Positions 51,843 to 64,000 of a DNA stretch of 64,000 bases are shown one piece after another (within the stretch, counting starts at the first letter, position 1; the number at the start of each line of letters is the position of its first letter). Position numbers and translations under genes: made by a program. This DNA is from Fimbriosthenelais zetlandica (lineage: Eukaryota): NCBI GenBank assembly GCA_977030845.1, contig OZ365112.1, forward strand, positions 11,346,001 through 11,410,000. The letters are read 5' to 3'. The notes beneath the pieces are model-generated. The model was not told where the DNA came from and did no database searches. It worked only from the letters and a program-made list of their open reading frames with translations.

Positions 51843-51947
51843 GACTGGACTATAGGATCGCTTGACTGGACGATAGGATCGCTTGACTAGATGATTGGAA
51901 CACCTGACTAGATGATTGGAACTCTTGAATGGACGGTTAGAACACTA
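51843..51947. repeat. 21-bp period minisatellite, 5 diverging copies
   Basis: GACTGGAC(T/G)ATAGGATCGCTT x2, GACTAGATGATTGGAAC(AC/TC)(C/T)T x2, one degenerate copy. Confidence 0.8.
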
Positions 51948-52310
51948 GCAAAATGACACCCAAGGTAAGCTCAGCAGTTTTACTTCAGAATAATCCCCTT
52001 AGGCCTAGTTCAAATCACTTTAAATTCTCCTCATTCTATTTGAATCAGTAATATTGTATTTTCTAGTTCTATGATTTTAATTTTAGTGATGCTCTCAATC
52101 AGCCATAGATGAGATGATCTAGAGACTCTCCACTATTTATGATGTGATCAATGATTGGAACACTTGCTCTGATACGACTTACGGTACCGGCGGCCTTATA
52201 TAGAGGAAGATTACGATGCTGTCTTTATATTATAAATGTTAAAACTGAATGTAAACGTAAATGCTAGATGTATGTGTAACAGTAGCTTCTCAGGCACGAG
52301 TATCCCACAA

Positions 52311-54790
52311 AATGTAGACACTATGGTGTGCAGAAAATGGTGCAGTAGTTCTACAAGTTTGGGTATTTATTTCGTAGCATTGTATTCATTTTTGGTTTTA
52401 CATGTATATACCATCTGCCTCCCACCCTCCGTTTCCAATGCCTGCCTGCCCTCTGACTAACTTAACAATTGTTGAAAGGTTACGTTAAAAAACCATCAAC
52501 AATTACAATCTAATACTTACTAACTACTAACCTATAATCTATTAACTCCCAAGTCAGAGGGCTGCCAGGCTACTTAACTCATATCCCACTTCTCCCAGAC
52601 CATCCCGATCTCCCCCCTTCCCCTTCCCTTTCTGCTTCCCCCATGTATGTAAAACCCAAATTTTATGTACAATCAAAACTTATTTATACATATTTTTTTA
52701 TTGATTTGGGAACCTGTCTCTTTACTTATGCCGTCAATATTTAATATTTAATTTGCACCTCAGTTTGTTCATAAGAGTGTCAGCAGTTTGAAGATAAACA
52801 AAATACAGTTTGTATTATAAACAAAACAGGGACAAGTTTTCTAAGATTGTTTAGCTTTTTGTTTTCTTGTGAGGATTTAAATCACACTTATCATTTTAAA
52901 GAGTCTCGTGCCACTTTGTTCGCAACGTTAGTTAAATACTCCTCATTTGTTATACTTGAATGATAAATTATTATATCAATACCACAATATGATATTTTAT
53001 GTAGGCCTATTATGTCTAGACCTATAGCAGCTAGAGTTGGTTCTGGGATATTCTGTTTTAATCTGCTTACACAGATGATGTGCAATTTCTCATGATAATT
53101 TTATAGTCTCATGTTACCGGTATGTATCATTGTTAAAATATAATATTTCGGATCGTCCCTATGATAAAAGGTTCAAGATTTGTTCATATGATTAAAATCT
53201 CGTACCGTTGCTATGTCTTTTAGTAACAAGCATTGTAGGCTACCATACTTTGATAATTGTATTTATGTAAAGGTGACAGCAGCCACATAACGTTAACCTC
53301 TTACGGTACCGGTAGGCCTGTAAGCCCTATCAATTATTATTGTGTTATACAACCACTTGTCTCCATTCTCGTTAGGCTTATCACTAAATTCATGACTTCT
53401 AAGGTGCTCTCCCACTTACACGTATTGCCACATATTGTGTCACGTATTTAATATGTGGCATTACATGAGGAATACGTTATAATATGTGAGTATCTGCACG
53501 TATTATAACGTATTGTTTACATAATGCTAAGTATTGTCATATATTGTCATGTAAAGCTAAGTATTGTCACATGAGGCTACATATTGCTGCATATTCTCAC
53601 ATATTGATTATGTGATATTAGGTGATGTTACATGAGATTACGTGACAATATGTGAAATTCCGTAGCAATATGTACCAAATCTGTATGAATCTGTCATAAT
53701 GTAGACACTCTTGTGTGCAGAAAATGGTGCAGTAGTTCTACAAGTTTGGGTATTTTTTTCGTAGCATTGTATTCATTTTTGGTTTTACATGTATATACCA
53801 TCTGCCTCCCACCCTCCGTTTCCAATGCCTGCCTGCCCTCTGACTAACTTAACAATTGTTGAAAGGTTTCGTTAAAAAACCATCAACAATTACAATCTAA
53901 TACTTACTAACTACTAACCTATAATCTATTAACTCCAAGTCAGAGGGCTGCCAGGCTACTTAACTCATATCCCACTTCTCCCAGACCATCCCAATCTCCC
54001 CCCTTCCCCTTCCCTTTCTGCTTCCCCCATGTATGTAAAACCCAAATTTTATGTACAATCAAAACTTATTTATACATATTTTTTTATTGATTTGGGAATC
54101 TGTCTCTTTACTTATGCCGTCAATATTTAATATTTAATTTGCACCTCAGTTTGTTCATAAGAGTGTCAGCAGTTTGAAGATAAACAAAATACAGTTTGTA
54201 TTATAAACAAAACAGGGACAAGTTTTCTAAGATTGTTTAGTTTTTTGTTTTCTTGTGAGGATTTAAATCACACTTATCATTTTAAAGAGTCTCGTGCCAC
54301 TTTGTTCGCAACGTTAGTTAAATACTCCTCATTTGTTATACTTGAATGATAAATTATTATATCAATACCACAATATGATATTTTATGTAGGCCTATTATG
54401 TCTAGGCCTATAGCAGCTAGAGTTGGTTCTGGGATATTCTGTTTTAATCTGCTTACACAGATGATGTGCAATTTCTCATGATAATTTTATAGTCTCATGT
54501 TACCGGTATGTAGCATTGTTAAAATATAATATTTCGGATCGTCCCTATGATAAAAGTTTCAATATTTGTTCATATGATTAAAATCTCGTACCGTTGCTAT
54601 GTCTTTTAGTAACAAGCATTGTAGGCTACCATACTTTGATAATTGTATTTATGTAAAGGTGACAGCAGCCACATAAACGTTAACCTCTTACGGTACCGGT
54701 AGGCCTGTAAGCCCTATCAATTATTATTGTGTTATACAATCACTTGTCTCCATTCTCGTTAGGCTTATCACTAAATTCATGACTTCTAAG
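52311..54790. repeat. Recent 1093-bp duplication (52311-53403, 53698-54790) with a 294-bp low-complexity spacer
   Basis: Offset 1387 at both ends; only scattered substitutions and small indels; spacer made of degenerate ATATTGTCACATG-like units. Confidence 0.95.
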
Positions 54791-55780
54791 AATTTCAAAG
54801 TTTTTGTTGGAATAAAATTGTTTATTTTGATCTGTCTATCACAGAAGAATTGTATGTTCTTTGATTTTACTTGAAAGTGTTTTGGAAACATTCATGAAAG
54901 ACAAATTATTAATTATGTCCTAAAATTAATAAATAAAGTGAAATCAACTGTTTTCGGTGAATATTTTCATGTGTATAGAATGATTTATTGAGAACAGAGA
55001 CCTATTTTTAATTAACATTTGAGACAGACTGGTGGGACCTATATAGGGTAGGCTATGGCCTAAGTTACTACATTAAATATAGATTATGTATATATTAGGA
55101 CTTGTTACGGGTCAAAGACAACAGACAACAAATGATGTTTAAATCTTTCTTCCCAGAAACAATAGAAAAGACATTCGTTACAAAAACATATGAGGCATTG
55201 GTCAAAAGGTCAAATTTAAAGTGAACATTACCAAAATCAAGAAAGCGGTGGTGAGGTGATGTCCATGGAAGTCAGGCTAGCAGTACCAATGTGGAGCTGG
55301 TTCTTGGTTGAGAGTTTCCTAGGCTCTGCTGTTACACGTTGAGTTTGGTGTATATATATTAACTGTTATGCTTCAGTGGTTGCATGGTCTAATATAGCTA
55401 AAAAGGGGGGATTCTAAGAATAGTAGTGTAGTGTACAATGTTGAAAGTATATAGGACTAACCTATAACACCCCTTATGTGTGGAAGAGTCTATTCTCAAA
55501 AAGGCCATACAGCACAGAAAGAAAGGTAGGACCTGAGTTATATAATGTTACATAAGAAAATATATAATATATTCTGACATTTACAGATTAACACTTATAA
55601 CACTTTAACCAGTTTAACCATGGTAAGACAAACATACATTTAGATCATATGTCACAGACTATATTTAACCGTAGGCCTAGGCTTAGAAACTACTTCTATC
55701 ATGATCCAAATGCATGATCTTTAGACGGAGTATCTGTCCCGGTGTAGAGGCTGGGAGGACGAGGCTTGTTTACAGGCTAT

Positions 55781-56315
55781 CGGATGGCACAAACCTCAGT
55801 TCAGCTTTTCGCCGCATACCTGGAGGGCGGTAGCGTCACTTCATTCCCATGCACTTAAAGGCCTCCTACGAAAAAATTAAACAATAAATTGAGCTGATTC
55901 CACTCCTAGCTCACTCCTGTCTTTGTAATACTACTGTTATATCCTTTTAAAATAAAATATTCTTGTTGTTTACGAGATAGAGAGGAAAAACTAACCCTAT
56001 CTCCGGTCCAGATCGATCCCTGTAGCGCCCTCTCTCACCCAAGCACTGTTAATCGACGGAAGATTCGGGAACTAAAGATTTTCAAGATGGCCGCCGTGTT
56101 TACCGGATGGCACAAACCTCAGTTCAGCTTTTCGCCGCCAACCGGGAGGGCGGTAGCGTCGCTTCATTCCTATCCACTTGAAGGCCTCCTACGAAATAAT
56201 TAAACAATAAATTAAGCTGATTCCACTCCTAGCTCACTCCTGTCTTTGTAATGCTTCTGTTATATCGTTTTAAAACAAAATATTCTCGTTTTTCATGAGA
56301 TAGAGACGAAAAACT
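55781..56315. repeat. Tandem duplication upstream of U2AF2 (55781-55992 and 56104-56315) bracketing the YY1 module
   Basis: Both begin CGGATGGCACAAACCTCAGTTCAGCTTTTCGCCGC and end GAGATAGAGA..AAAAACT. Confidence 0.9.
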
Positions 56316-56339
56316 TCACAGGGGGAGTGAGCGAGAGGC

Positions 56340-56420
56340 GTGGAGCGGACAATAGAGGAACTAAGGTTCACGTGACTCGGTCGTACCGAGTGCCCGGATG
56401 TGACGCCATATTGGACTGGT
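56340..56420 (+). promoter_or_regulatory. U2AF2 core promoter
   Basis: TCACGTGAC E-box 56368-56376, ETS-like CCGGATGT 56394-56401, YY1-like CGCCATATTG 56404-56413, ~110 nt before the ATG. Confidence 0.65.
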
Positions 56421-56526
56421 AGAGGCCGGTTATCTTTGCTGTAGGCCTACGTCTGTCCTTTTATTTGTGTAACCCGATGAACTGAGACCATCATTAGACG
56501 CCTCTCTATCCAACCACCAACAGAAA

Positions 56527-63910
<7,384 letters not shown>

Positions 63911-64000
63911 TCCTACAAGAATACATGTAAAAATACAGATACAAATTTATATATAAAAACATTTCTCTTTCTCCGGTTCTCCTTCCACTGGGAAACTTAC

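Larger units (their letters stand above)
50479..52200 (+). ncRNA. Putative multi-exon non-coding (or micro-ORF) transcript
   Basis: Ordered acceptor/donor pairs: (50479-50534)..50547|GTAAGT, 50903-51017|GTAAGC, 51111-51227|GTAAGC, 51396-51486|GTAACA, 51782-51964|GTAAGC, acceptor 52086; longest spliced ORF I found is 69 aa; ends undefined. Confidence 0.5.

Noticed and set aside
52087-52172. C/D-box snoRNA candidate (GTGATGC...CTGA)
   Set aside because: Imperfect C box, no terminal stem, starts at a splice acceptor and is paralogous to the exon at 51782
52891-54471. Two identical 64-aa ORFs (52891-53085, 54277-54471)
   Set aside because: Identity is explained by the recent duplication; no recognisable domain or consistent splice sites

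Overview
AT-rich eukaryotic (invertebrate-like) genomic window with short GT-AG introns and frequent TAGGCCTA octamers. An echinoderm-like source is an inference only. Gene order: tRNA-Trp(CCA), tRNA-Gln(TTG), a degenerate tRNA-like unit, an 844-bp MITE, an intronless TNF-receptor-family gene (+), DDX47 (-, 12 exons) head-to-head with PHF5A (+, 4 exons), MPG (+, 2 coding exons), SEC14L1-like (-, 14 coding exons over 25 kb), an intronless BTB-BACK-Kelch gene (+), an ~8-kb duplication-rich region that appears to hold a spliced non-coding transcript, and U2AF2 (+). Standout observations: (1) six consecutive symmetric phase-1 microexons (27, 21, 27, 12, 21, 12 nt) in the ULM-RRM1 linker of U2AF2, encoding Pro-rich motifs; (2) a 1.8-kb U2AF2 intron packed with decoy 3' splice sites and two strong cryptic donors, giving predicted poison exons; (3) a 35-nt hairpin motif conserved in three SEC14L1 introns; (4) a putative lncRNA upstream of U2AF2 with tandem 3'-splice-site repeats, tandem TACTAAC and an H/ACA-like candidate. 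All exon models were built by hand from splice signals and remembered protein homology. No database searches or folding programs were run.
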